DNA of 62,960 nucleotides, counting the filler, from Octopus bimaculoides (taxonomy: Eukaryota), in the NCBI RefSeq assembly GCF_001194135.2. It is 6 parts of 4 records of this genome, joined end to end, with 100 filler letters (N's around TTAATTAATTAA, not from the genome) between each part and the next. Parts side by side here need not be neighbours in the genome. Positions count along the whole stretch, not along the records: positions 33,211 to 44,612 come from NC_069002.1; positions 44,713 to 49,588 come from NC_068991.1; positions 49,689 to 54,556 come from NC_069002.1; 3 more parts are not named here. One strand, given 5' to 3'. The position numbers and the translations under genes were made by a program. Position 1 is the stretch's first letter. Every line of letters begins with the position of its first letter. Of this stretch, positions 38,492 to 52,068 are shown one piece after another. The notes below the pieces were generated by a model. It saw only the letters and a list, made by a program, of their open reading frames with translations, was not told the origin of the DNA and did no database searches.

Positions 38492-39864
38492 CCACCCTCT
38501 TCCTCATCATCATCATCATTATAGTAGCCATCATTACCACCATCAGTGCGNNNNNNNNNNNCCACCACCACTACCACCACTACTACCACTACTACCATCA
38601 CCACCATCACCACCACCGCCCCCTGCTTCATTATCCTCATAGTCTTTTACTGAGATATCTCATAGCAATAATAATACCGGATTTTGAAGCGAATCGGCGT
38701 TTTTTTGTGTCGTCGCCATTTTGTTGTTGATGATGTTGTAGTTGTTGTCACTGTATTTTTTTTTCTTGTTATTTTTGTTGTAGGCGATTATTTTTTTCGT
38801 CCCTTCCTCTCTCACTTTTTTCTATACCTCTCCCCCTTGCTATGTCCCTCTCTATCTACCTTTCTATCTCTCCTCACACTGTCACTGTCTGTCAATTGAT
38901 GTGCGTCACGTGACCTTCTCAGTTTCCGACGATTTCATATCGTTTTGTTTTTATATATTTTATTCATATATTTTTCAATGTTTTTTCTTTTCTTTTTTTT
39001 TGCATCATTTCGTTGTTGTTGTTATTCTTGCTGTTGCAGCGGTGACGCCTAATGGTGACGTGTCACGCCGACACATCACGCTACTTACATTACTTCTAAG
39101 GTTTCGCGCCCTGCCAAAAAGCCCTTGTTTCTGGGGTCTGAAAAACTGTCGCCCGCTAATGCTAATCTCTTTTTATCCCACACTTTATTCCTCACCTCTC
39201 ACCTCCACTCCTTCCTCGCTATTTCTCCACCTTACACGTACACACACACACAAACATCACAAGCACACACATGCAAAACCACAGACACACACAGGAACGC
39301 ACATGCAGACAAACAGACACATTCTCATCCACTAGATATAGAGCACCACACGAATGGATGGTATGCTAACTCCGAAAGAGTTTTAGGATCACTTCTTATC
39401 TCTCTTTATTTTTTTCTCTCTCTCTCTCTCTTTCTCTTTCTCCCTCTTTCTACCTCTTTCTCCCTTTCTCTTTCTCNNNNNNNNNNNNNNNNNNNNNNNN
39501 NNNNNNNNNNNNNNNNNNNNNNNNNNNNNNNNNNNNNNNNNNNNNNNNNNNNNNNNNNNNNNNNNNNNNNNNNNNNNNNNNNNNNNNNNNNNNNNNNNNN
39601 NNNNNNNNNNNNNNNNNNNNNNNNNNNNNNNNNNNNNNNNNNNNNNNNNNNNNNNNNNNNNNNNNNNNNNNNNNNNNNNNNNNNNNNNNNNNNNNNNNNN
39701 NNNNNNNNNNNNNNNNNNNNNNNNNNNNNNNNNNNNNNNNNNNNNNNNNNNNNNNNNNNNNNNNNNNNNNNNNNNNNNNNNNNNNNNNNNNNNNNNNNNN
39801 NNNNNNNNNNNNNNNNNNNNNNNNNNNNNNNNNNNNNNNNNNNNNNNNNNNNNNNNNNNNNNNN

Positions 39865-39906
<42 letters not shown>

Positions 39907-41800
39907 CTCCTCTCTCTCTCTTTCCGGAGCATTTGCAAGTTTTCTCCCTTTTTTTATAATGCCCCTATATAGGTCTCTCCCTAATCCTCTCTGTTCTTAA
40001 ATTACTCTTTCTCCAAAGCCACGAACAGATTTGCGTGCGTGTGTGTTTGGGTGTCTTTGTAAGTGTAAGAGAGAGAAATGGAGAGGAGGAAAGTGAAAGA
40101 AAGAGAGAGATAGGGAGAGAGAGCGGAGCAAAAGAAAACGAGAGTGAAGGAAACAAACAAAGAATTTAAGAGGATACACATTCTAAAAGAGGAAGTGGAA
40201 AGATGGTTAATTTGAGCTAAGGGAAATAACTCAAATGGGTTAATGACATGGATTTAGATAATTAATTGAAAGAGTGATGTGCTGATTGCCGTTCGCAAAT
40301 AATTGTTAATTAATTCAAAGCGATAACTTCAAAAATTAAGAATTCATGCTTCAAAGAAAAGAAAGTCTGATTTATATCTATAGTCAGCAGGTAACTATGT
40401 ACATGTTTCAGCCTATTAAACGTCATCAGCATAGTGTACTCTGACCAAACCTGCAGACCAATAAATTTTTACATGTAGAAAAAGGACTGTGATTTCTTTG
40501 GCAGCACTCCGGTTTATATAATCAAATTAATTATATAATGTACCAAGGAAATTCGATAGGCTGATAGTTTCTATATAACTCACAGTTAGCCACAAAAGCT
40601 GCTAAAAATGCGAATGAATGTCCAAATTTAGGGAAGTGAAACAGGTGAAATGCATTCTACATGTATATCTCAATTAACTGAAGGTCGTGATGCAAGTATT
40701 ATGCAATGAGCTATACACAACGTACTTAATCATCAGGCTGAAGATACTATACCGAAATGAAGATTACATTGTCGCCCAGAATTTCTGAGTCAGCCACAAC
40801 ACAATGGTGAATTCAAATGAATAGAAAAGCCAGTATTATACGATAAAAAATAAAACAGAAATGTCAAGAACATATAGTTTAGGGAACCAATGAGCGATAA
40901 AGCAAATGGGTGAGACCCAAAATATGCAAGAGTGGGCGTGGTTTAGAATCGGCCAGTCTGATGATTAGCTACGTTGAGGATAGCTCATTGCATAACGATT
41001 CTATCACGAGCTTCAGCTACTTAAGAAATATATGTTGCAAACATTTTACCTATTCCGATCGATCGATTTGTGCGTGTGCGTGTGCGTATGCGTGTGCGTG
41101 TGTGTAAGTGTATGTGTGTTTGTCTAAGTGTGCGTATATATGAGGGTATGTGTGAGCATTTCGACCTTTTGGGTCTGTTTACAGAGTGAGCAAGTGTATC
41201 TGGTGCTCTCGATGTCCGTTTCTGTGATAAAGATTCATCTCTCCACGATATTTACTGTTTATACACAAATATAAATGGAGAAATTCCTGCTATGACTATT
41301 TCTGCAATGACAGGGCTTATCACATCCGAACATAATCAATGTGCGTCATTGTTTATTTAATTCCTAATTCTTAAGGCGGCGAGCTGGCAGAATCGTTAGA
41401 ACACCAGGCAAAACGCCGATGTTGACATTGCCTTTCACCCTTTCGGGACTCGGTGTAGTTGGCTAACCTCCTCCCAAAAAATGTCAAACCTTGTGTCTAT
41501 AATAGAAAGGATTATTTATCTAATTCTTACTTGACCGAGCGTTGTGTAAGCACGAGTATATACGAGTTGAACTGTTTGATTTAACTATAATATTCCGGTG
41601 ATCTGATTAGCTTTATTTGCAGTAATCTGTGAATAAACAATTATATTTTGTAACACTGAGTGTACACGTTAATGCTAATGTACGCATAATTTTTTGCATT
41701 TTAAATTAATACTACATGAAAAAGATTGCGAATCGGCCATAATCCTAAAAGTGTCATGTGGTTAAATTCATATACATTCACCCACCATATTTTCTGGTTT

Positions 41801-41840
<40 letters not shown>

Positions 41841-41859
41841 TAGATAGATAGATAGATAT

Positions 41860-41963
<104 letters not shown>

Positions 41964-42499
41964 GCATACATACATACATACATACATAGATGCCCACGCA
42001 TTCACACAGACACACATGTATGTATGTTATGTGTTTGTGCACATGTGTGTGTGTGTGTGTGTTTGTGTAATTTCATACATGCCGTGGGATGTTAGTGTTG
42101 CTGTGACGTTTGTTTCACAATCACGTGGTTTCAGGTTCAATCGCGTTGCACAAATGTACCAAGCCTACCAATAACTTAGGAGTGTATTTGATTGGCGGAT
42201 TTTGGGTGTATTTATATATGAGCGCGAGAATATGAATGCCTATAGGCCTGCCTTTGTTTCTTGCCGTATAACAACCGTTACACAGTACATCGTGGAGGCA
42301 CATGGCCTAGTGGTTAGAGCCGTGGACTAGCGGTTGAGGGATCACGGGTTCGAATCTCAGACCGGGCAATGTGTGTGTTTGTGAGCGAAACACCTAAGCT
42401 CCACGTGGCTCCACCAGAAAGTAACGGCGAACCGCTGCTGACTCTTTCGCTACAACTTTCTCTCACTCTTTCCTCCTGCATCTAGCAGCTCATCTCATA

Positions 42500-42539
<40 letters not shown>

Positions 42540-43082
42540 TATTTATGAATATATTATATATGTGTATATATATATATATATTTATATACATATATAGACA
42601 TGTATGTGTGTATATGTGCGTATGTGTGAGTATGTGTATGTGTGCGTGTACTGATTTATATATGCGTTAATGCATAAACTCATTATGTATGCATTTATTA
42701 CGTAGTACAAATATTAAATGTCTCTCAAATGCACAGTTCATGCACATGCATTAATATGCGCAAACATGCATGCGCATACATACATACATATATACATGCA
42801 TACATGCATACATGCGTACATACATGCGTATAATTATACACACGCACATACACACCCACGTATCAATATTTCTAATATGAACTTATAAGATTTCCGGTAA
42901 TGGTGTTAAAATAGGGTTTTAAGAAATTAGGCAAGGGATATGAGTGTGGTGGTGGTGGAGACGGCGGCGCTGGTTGTGGTGGTGGTGGTGGTGACGGTTT
43001 GAAAGAGAGAGGGAGATTTGAAAAGAGAGACACAGAGTGATTTATAAACGGAGAGTGTATGTGTGTGTGTGTTCGTGAGCGG

Positions 43083-43116
<34 letters not shown>

Positions 43117-44222
43117 TTCTAGATAGGTAGGAAGTGCGCTGGGATTCATGAAGAGGGTACGAAATCGGGAATTAGATGGAGGCGCTTTAAGATTAATAAC
43201 CCGAGAAGACATAAAAGAGGGGGAGGAGGAGGAGGAGGAGGAGGAGAAGAAGAAGAAGAAGAAGAAGAAGAAGAAGAAGAAGAAGAAGAAGGTGATGATG
43301 ATGACGATGACGATGATGATCATGATGATCAAGGTGGAAATTTTGATAATAGCAATAATTATATTGAGCATGACGCTGATGATAAAGTTGATGATGATGA
43401 TGATGATGATGATGAAGATGATAGCACAACTAGAACAGGAAAGAGAACGCAGGTGGCGCTGGTAGTGGTGGTGCATGGTGGTGGTGGTGGTGGTGGTGGT
43501 GGTGGTGGAGGTTGTGGTTGTGGTGAAAATGAGGAGTAGGAAACGATAGAGGAAACTGTTAATGGTCTTTTTATGGTATCATTACTGGTTGCAGTGCTGC
43601 TGTGACGGCCTCCAGCCTTCACCGCAGGGAAACCCTCGAGGGTCGGAGTGGGGGGACACTCGACTCTTCTTTTATTTTTTTTACATGTTTCAGTCATTTG
43701 ACTACGGCCATGCTGGGCTTTGAAGAATTGTTAGTTGAATGAATCGACTGCAGTACTTTTTTTCACTTTTGCCGTATCGCTAAGTCACCAGTTGACAAGC
43801 GGTGATGGGGAGACAAAAAACAAAACACAAAGACACACACATGTATGTATATAATACGGGCTTCTTTCAGTTTCCGTCTACCAAATCTCTGACAACAATA
43901 TCTGGCATATTAGCTTTGATCCCCCTACCTGTTTATATTGTTATGAGGGCCCATTCTCTGATAGCTTTTCCATGGTATGCCTATACCATCTTTTTTCTGC
44001 TCACATTCCATAGTATTGTAATTTTCCGTGTATGATAGTCCCAACTCAATCATTTTTATAGATATATTCTTTCTTGACCATGAGCGAGCAGCTAGAAATA
44101 ATAAAATTTATCGTTTCTTCTACTATCACTACATATTCTGCAGCTCTTTATTGTATTCGGCTTCCTTATGTTTCTTTGGTGGTTTCTACAGGGTGTCCAC
44201 AAAGTGTGGCTACATGGAGTAA

Positions 44223-44601
44223 GCGCAATGGCCCAGTGGTTAGTGCAGAGGACTCGCGGTCATAGGATCGCGGTTTCGATTCCCAGACCGGGCGTTGTGA
44301 GTGTTTATTGAGCGAAAACACCTAAAAGCTCCACGAGGCTCCGGCAGGGGTTGGTGGCGAACCCTGCTGTACTCTTTTACCACAACTTTCTCTCACTCTT
44401 ACTTCTTGTTTCTGTTGTGCCTGTATTTCAAAGGGCCAGCCTTGTCACACTCTGTGTCACGCTGAATATCTCCGAGAACTACGTTAAGGGTACACGTGTC
44501 TGTGGAGTGCTCAGCCACTTGCACGTTAATTTCACGAGCAGGCTGTTCCGTTGATCGGATCAACTGGAACCCTCGACGTCGTAAGCGACGGAGTGCCAAC
44601 A
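44223..44601 (+). mobile_element. SINE family C with 11-bp TSD
   Basis: Flanked by ACATGGAGTAA at 44212-44222 and 44602-44612. Confidence 0.92.
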
Positions 44602-44612
44602 ACATGGAGTAA

Positions 44613-44712
44613 NNNNNNNNNNNNNNNNNNNNNNNNNNNNNNNNNNNNNNNNNNNNTTAATTAATTAANNNNNNNNNNNNNNNNNNNNNNNNNNNNNNNN
44701 NNNNNNNNNNNN
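44613..44712. other. Artificial contig-joining spacer 3
   Basis: Same layout; 12-mer at 44657-44668. Confidence 0.97.
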
Positions 44713-46060
44713 CCCCCTAGTGGCTTCCCTCCCGTCTCACATCCATGACACCGACCATGCGCTTCGTTTGTTCAACTCTTTCTCATTCCCTCCTGGCCCC
44801 TCTAAACTTCTCTCCACTCTCGACATCCAGAGCCTTTACACGGTGATCCCTCACCACGAGGGGCTGCGTGCACTCCAACATTTCCTTGACCTTCGACCCA
44901 ACCCCTAATCCCACACATCCTAACCCGACACATCCACACTCGTTCGTCTGGCCGAACTTGTCCTCTCACTCAACTGCTTCTCGGTCGTTGGTGATTTTTA
45001 CCAGCATTTCTCGGGAGTGGCCATGGGAACCAGAATGAGCCCCAACTATGCGAGCCTGTTCGTTGGCTACGTTGAGGCCCAAATATTCTCAAGTTTTACT
45101 GGTCTTACTGCCGAATTATACGGCCGTTATATTGACGACTGCATCGATGCGACCTCACTCTCCCGCGAACATCTAGACTCCTTCCTCACTTTTGTCAAAT
45201 CTTTCCATCCTGCCCTCCACTTCTCCTGTACTATCTCTGACACCTTTGTCTCCTTTCTTGACATTTCGGTCAGCATTCATCACTCCACTCTCACCACCTC
45301 CATTCACTACAGACACACAGACTCACACTCATACCTCAACTTCTCCTCCCACCCAAAACACACCAAGCTTTCTGTCCCCTATTCCCAATTCCTCCGTCTA
45401 CGCAGGCTCTGCAGTGGCGACCATGACTTTGAGACTCAGTCTCAACTCATGGCTCGCCACTTCAGCCTACGTGGATATCCTCTCACCACTATCCACACCG
45501 CCCTTGCCAGAGCACTTCCGTGGACCGTGCATCTGCTCTTTCAACCCGCACCCGCCCCGCGGTATCCCGTCTCCCGTTTCCCCTCACTTACCATNNNNNN
45601 NNNNNNNNNNNNNNNNNNNNNNNNNNNNNNNNNNNNNNNNNNNNNNNNNNNNNNNNNNNNNNNNNNNNNNNNNNNNNNNNNNNNNNNNNNNNNNNNNNNN
45701 NNNNNNNNNNNNNNNNNNNNNNNNNNNNNNNNNNNNNNNNNNNNNNNNCGAGCCCACAACCTACGAGACCTCTTGGTCCACAGCTTCTTCCCTAACCCAA
45801 CCTTCCAACCCGACTCGTTCCCCCGCTCCCGCTTACGCTGTCACTCTTTCCTTTACCTCTCCAACACCACCTTCCTCACCGACAACCATCATCGACCCAA
45901 TCATATCACCGACTCCTTCACCTGCACTTCTACCAATGTTATCTACTGCATCTCCTGTTCACTCTGCCCTTCTCTATACATTGGGCAAACGGGACGCCGC
46001 TGGGCTGACCGGTTCGCGGAATACCTCCGAGACATCCGACTCGGCAATGACACCCCGGTT
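44713..46060 (+). mobile_element. Penelope-like retroelement (RT + GIY-YIG), degenerate, probably Neptune-type
   Basis: Translations include LDIQSLYT, GVAMGTRMSPNYA, RYIDD (45128-45139), FLDI and thumb PYSQFLRLRR, then TCTSTNVIYCISCSLCPSLYIGQTGR (VIY 45938-45946, YIG 45977-45985). There is an in-frame stop near 44906 and an internal gap. The 5' end is cut by a spacer and homology stops after DTPV. Confidence 0.92.
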
Positions 46061-46339
46061 AAAAGTTATAAAAATGATACAACAGGAAAGGTCTTTCCTG
46101 ACATCTTCATATTTCAAGTTTAGGAGCCCATCTTCAGGAAATCTGTGCAGTAAAAGAGTCCTAATCGTGAAATATTGAAATACCAGGTAAAACGGCATTT
46201 ATTGTTTACAACTTTCGTTTTTTACTTTTCTAAAAACAATAGATGTTATTCAAAACATATTTAATATATGTTTATATATGTGACAATACTTCATACTAAA
46301 AAATATATATATATGTATATATGTATGTATGTATGTATG

Positions 46340-46387
<48 letters not shown>

Positions 46388-47702
46388 TGTATGTATGTAT
46401 GTATGTATGTGTGTGTGTAGTTCCGAGTTCAGTCCCACTACGTGGTACCATGGGCAAGTGGTTGACGGAAACCGAATGAAGCCCGTCGCATGTACATACA
46501 TATATATAATTCCATCAAAGTGGCCAGCATATTAAAATACCTTTAAAGGTGAAAATTATAAACAGTTATAAACAAGGGCAAAAGAAAAAAGATTTCTATG
46601 CCAATCTGCAGAGAAATNNNNNNNNNNNNNNNNNNNNNNNNNNNNNNNNNNNNNNNNNNNNNNNNNNNNNNNNNNNNNNNNNNNNNNNNNNNNNNNNNNN
46701 NNNNNNNNNNNNNNNNNNNNNNNNNNNNNNNNNNNNNNNNNNNNNNNNNNNNNNNNNNNNNNNNNNNNNNNNNNNNNNNNNNNNNNNNNNNNNNNNNNNN
46801 NNNNNNNNNNNNNNNNNNNNNNNNNNNNNNNNNNNNNNNNNNNNNNNNNNNNNNNNNNNNNNNNNNNNNNNNNNNNNNNNNNNNNNNNNNNNNNNNNNNN
46901 NNNNNNNNNNNNNNNNNNNNNNNNNNNNNNNNNNNNNNNNNNNNNNNNNNNNNNNNNNNNNNNNNNNNNNNNNNNNNNNNNNNNNNNNNNNNNNNNNNNN
47001 NNNNNNNNNNNNNNNNNNNNNNNNNNNNNNNNNNNNNNNNNNNNNNNNNNNNNNNNNNNNNNNNATATATGATGAATTTTCTTGTCGTGAACGACAAATT
47101 AGAGTTCAGTAAATTAAAGCATTGATTATGTTCTATGGACTCGAACGTGTCCCTTGAGGCCTGCTGGAACCTTGGAAGCCTTTTGGTAAATGGAACCGGT
47201 TCAGGACTCACTTTGCTTGAGTGCTTGTGGATCATTTACTATGGGTTTTCTTGAGTGGACGGCTAGGCCTGCTTTGCTTCGTGCTACAAAACCACAATGA
47301 CAGGTAAGGTTTCCACCTAGAGGTACAGTGTTTCGCAAGAGTGCCTTCATATATACATGGAGAGGCGAGTGGCTTACTTGTTAGAGCATTCGACTCACGA
47401 TCGGAAGGTCGTGAGTTCAATTCCCGACGACGGGTGGAGCCCTGAGCAAAATGTTTTATATCCGTTGCTCCAGTCCACCCAGCTGGCAAATATGATTAGT
47501 ACCTGTATTTCAAAGGGCCAGCCATGTCACAATCTGTATCATACTGAATCTCCCCGAGAATTATGTTAAGGGGACTCGTGTCTGTAGATTGCTCTGCCAC
47601 TTGCATGTTAATTTCACAAGGAGACTGTTCCGCTGAGCGGATCAGCTGGGACCCGCAGCGTCACAACCGAAGGAGTGCCAGGTATATATATATGTGTGCG
47701 TG

Positions 47703-47769
<67 letters not shown>

Positions 47770-48116
47770 NNNNNNNNNNNNNNNNNNNNNNNNNNNNNNN
47801 NNNNNNNNNNNNNNNNNNNNNNNNNNNNNNNNNNNNNNNNNNNNNNNNNNNNNNNNNNNNNNNNNNNNNNNNNNNNNNNNNNNNNNNNNNNNNNNNNNNN
47901 NNNNNNNNNNNNNNNNNNNNNNNNNNNNNNNNNNNNNNNNNNNNNNNNNNNNNNNNNNNNNNNNNNNNNNNNNNNNNNNNNNNNNNNNNNNNNNNNNNNN
48001 NNNNNNNNNNNNNNNNNNNNNNNNNNNNNNNNNNNNNNNNNNNNNNNNNNNNNNNNNNNNNNNNNNNNNNNNNNNNNNNNNNNNNNNNNNNNNNNNNNNN
48101 NNNNNNNNNNNNNNNN

Positions 48117-48148
<32 letters not shown>

Positions 48149-48199
48149 TATATACATACATATATATATACACACGATCTCATTGATTTTTGTTACTGC

Positions 48200-48970
48200 A
48201 TGACTGTGTCCACGCATTCTCGTGTCATTTCTGCTTCGTACACGCAGACACACACTCACACGCACACATACACATACACGCAGATGCACAAGCATTTATA
48301 CATAATAAGCACACGAACGCATAAACATATATATATATATATTTACACACACATATAAACAGATACTTTTGTATAGAGGCACACATGCACACACCCGCAC
48401 ACATCTGCACACGCGTACACTCACATGCAGACACACACACACACACACACACACACATGCATACAAGTACATGCTCACGGGCGAGACACATACACACGTA
48501 CATACACAAATACACTCACACATAGGTACATGTACACAAATCACGCACATACAGACACACACGCATTCGCCCACAGGAATTGGAATAGACACATATACAC
48601 ACACACACACGCATATACACGCAGACAGACACGCTCACATATAGGCACACACACACGCACACACGTACAGACACACGCACAGACACACACACACATAAAC
48701 AGATGCACTCACATATAGGCACACACGCACACACAGCTCACAAATAAGTACGCATACACACACACACACGGTCGCATATAGGCACACATACACCCACACA
48801 CGCACAGGCACACACGCACGCACAAACACACACTTAAACAGACGCACTCACATATAGGCGTGCACACACACACGCTCACATACACACACGTATACACGCT
48901 CGCATATAGTTACACACACACACGCACGCACACACACACACACACACATACACACACACACACACACACG
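48200..48970. repeat. CA-rich low-complexity tract with recurring CATATAGG units
   Basis: Degenerate (CA)n with about five GC(T/A)C(A/G)CATATAGGC-like units between 48630 and 48910. Confidence 0.8.
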
Positions 48971-49026
48971 CTCTGATTGAGGGATTGCGAAAGAAAAACA
49001 GAGCGAGACCATTTGTAATTGGAGAC

Positions 49027-49069
<43 letters not shown>

Positions 49070-49588
49070 TTAACTAACAATGTGAGTAACAAAGTGAGAA
49101 GAATAGAGAGACAGAGCTAGGGAGGGAGAGAGAGAGAGAGGGAAATGTGAGTAATGATTCGTTGGTAATTAGAGATAAGTCTTGTGTCTTTAACAGGAAC
49201 ATAACTGGTTTTATGCGTGATGCTACTGTGCTGGCAGTCAGACATGCAGACACTGACAGACATAGAGAGATGGCTGGTTGGCTGGTTGGGTGGCTGGCTG
49301 GCTGGTTGGCTGGCTGGCTGGCCGTGTGTTACGTCGGAGGGTTGGTTGGTGCCGTAAATAGGTAGATGTAAGGTATATATGGACGCATGCATAATTCTCA
49401 CATGCATAGAAGCATTTGATGGTTACAAGGGCAGAGGTATAATTTAGGGATTTCGATAGATAGATAGATAGATAATCAACGAGGCATACGGACGGATGGG
49501 GTATCTAACTGGACAGCTAGTGACCTGATCTGGGTTGTGTGCTGGAACGAAAACAATTGCAGCGTGGAAGGTGTTTATGTATATATAT

Positions 49589-49688
49589 NNNNNNNNNNNN
49601 NNNNNNNNNNNNNNNNNNNNNNNNNNNNNNNNTTAATTAATTAANNNNNNNNNNNNNNNNNNNNNNNNNNNNNNNNNNNNNNNNNNNN
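49589..49688. other. Artificial contig-joining spacer 4
   Basis: Same layout; 12-mer at 49633-49644. Confidence 0.97.
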
Positions 49689-50060
49689 TACCAGCAGATG
49701 ACAACGTTTCTCTAAAAGAAATGGAAAAAAATTTCAAAATACAAAGACCTGGAAATAGAGGTAACTCGAATGTGGAATCTAAAAACAGAAACAATTCCTA
49801 TCATAGTAGGTGCCTTAGGTATAATAAAAGAATATTCAGAGAAATACATAACAAAAGCACCAGGACTTACAAATATATATAACATACAGAAAATTGCACT
49901 ACTGGGCACTGCACACATCCTACGCAAAACACTTTCAATACAGTAACCATAAGAACACCACAGCAAACCACAGCACATAGCCAAGGCGCACAGAGCTGCG
50001 CTCGGTACTGAAGTGAAAGCACGTTATAAAAATAAAACTACTGAACAGTAATAATAATAA
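49689..50060 (+). mobile_element. 3' end of an R4/Dong-like non-LTR retrotransposon (RLE endonuclease)
   Basis: With one frameshift it reads PADDNVSLKEMEK/SKYKDLEIEVTRMWNLKTETIPIIVGALGIIK...IQKIALLGTAHILRKTLSIQ*, followed by a short 3' UTR ending in (TAA)n. Confidence 0.85.
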
Positions 50061-50459
50061 TACTTATGGAGAGACTAGAGTGGAAAAAGCCTAATAGCAG
50101 AAGAATATATACAAATGGAAAAAAAACGTCTAGTAAAGTATTCACAGAGCAGCACAGAAAATTTACTAAAGGGGGATAATCGATCACATCGACCCCAGTA
50201 CTGGACTGGTACTTTATTTATTGACCCGAAAGGATAAAAGGCAAAGATCATCTCGCTGGAATCTGATCTCAGGACTAGCTACGGGTGCAATAACGCTAAG
50301 CACTTCATCCACCGTGCTAACGGCTCTGCCAACTCGCTACTTTGTTAATGAAGTGATGAAACACGTAATAGAAGAAAAGGACAAAAATGAAATACCAGGC
50401 AGATCGAATGGAAATCTCTGCATGGTTAATTTTAGAGTGCCATGGAAGGAGCAATTAAA

Positions 50460-50850
50460 AAAAAGTAACGGGGACTCTAAATACAGCAGCCCAAGATAAA
50501 GCGCTGAAAAGAAACAAGTTAAGAAAAAATATATATGGAGAAACTGTGTCAGAAATATGTAGAGACTGTGGAAGTTGGAGCGAGACAGTGGCATACATTT
50601 TGGCAGAATGACCCATGTGAGTACGGGAAGAATATGAGAAATAGAGGCATGACCAAGTTGTAAATGTTTTACATCAGAAACTGTGTCAGAAATGCGGATT
50701 TGAAACTGGCAAATTGATGAAATCATGGAGTCGAAAGTGTACTGGAATCGCCGAAATGTAAGATTTCGTGGTACTTTCCAATTCAAACGGAAAAGAAATT
50801 AGGAAACAATAGACCAGATATTACATTAATAGAACAATGTAACCGAAGTT
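50460..50850 (+). mobile_element. R4/Dong-like relic, zinc-knuckle to RLE region
   Basis: Degenerate frames give AAQDKAL...ICRDCGSWSETVAYIL...RHDQV...SWYFPIQTEKKLGNNRPDITL, matching the CxxC..ETxxHI, RHD and NRPD motifs of RLE-type LINEs. Confidence 0.7.
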
Positions 50851-52033
50851 GCTTACGGTAGACATAAACTCAAAAAGTAAAGCTTCCCAAGAAAAGCCGC
50901 TATGCATTGTAAGTGTTCCCACCCTCGCTCTAATGATTCAGCCAATGCCACGCCTTATATACTTGTATAATAATAATGTTCGTTGTGTTTTAGCAGAAGG
51001 CCAGTAATGTTGAGGGGGAAGAAAATCGATTACATCAACCCCAGTTCTCTAATGGCACTTAATTTTTCGATACCAGAAGAATGAAAGGCAAAGACGAAGT
51101 TTTGAACTCAGAACGAACATATTCAGAAGAAACATTGCTGGCTATTTTTGACAACGCGCTAAAGATTCTATTAGGACATATTGTTAATACTTTAGGGTAA
51201 TAATAACTAATGATTAATATGAAGAAATCAAATACACCTACACACGACCACATGCGTTTTCTGAAATACTGCGGTTGTCGATGTTTAAACGAAACAAGGT
51301 CATATCATTGCCATAATAACTTAAATACACTTTGTTTCAACATGGCTAATTAGAAATTGATAATTAGTGTGCAATAGTTTTTTTTTCCCTCATATGTTAT
51401 TTATTTTTTGGGAAATTAATATTTTGTAAAAATGTCCTGAAATTCTTTTATTCATCAGATGTTCCATGAAATGAACTTCAAGCATAAAGAAGTAATTAGG
51501 TGTTAATGAATATCAAAATAATTCAAGCAGGTCACTAGAGCAAACAGACGAGTTCTATGAACTTATGTACTCCAGTGCAGTGAGGTCAAACATATTTATT
51601 CTGTTATTAATTGAGTCGAGTTAATGAACTTGAGGTCGATTGGATGACTTTGTATAATCAGAAAAGCATCAGAAAATTAAAAAAAAAACACCTTCAGGGA
51701 ATATTGTTATTACTTTTTAGGTATTTATTGCAACAAAATTTAAATTGATTCTTGTCGTACTCCATTGTAAAGATCATCCAAATTATTATCTGTAAGTTCT
51801 TGGCTATTGAGCAGAAACATATAACTGAAATCCAAATATTTCAAAAGCAATTTTTCTCACCTTTCTTTTGCCTATTTAGTCATGCGGTCGAGGTGATTTG
51901 AAGGGGTTATTCAAACAAGACAAGCAGAGTCCTTATTTTGTTTGAAGTTAGGTTCTTCTTAAAGCAGTCGTTCTGTCGAACCGCTTGGTTACGGCAACTC
52001 AAGGTAAGCAAAATCAGTTGTCAGGCAGTGTCA

Positions 52034-52068
<35 letters not shown>

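Noticed and set aside
38900-39130. CpG-rich patch with GTCACGTGAC and GTGACGTGTCAC palindromes
   Set aside because: Suggestive of a promoter, but no linked exon or start site is visible, and short palindromes alone are insufficient.
44399-44605. Recurring peptide LLALRRLRRRGFQLIRSTEQPAREINVQVAEHST (also near 28490)
   Set aside because: It is the antisense translation of SINE family C, not a gene family.
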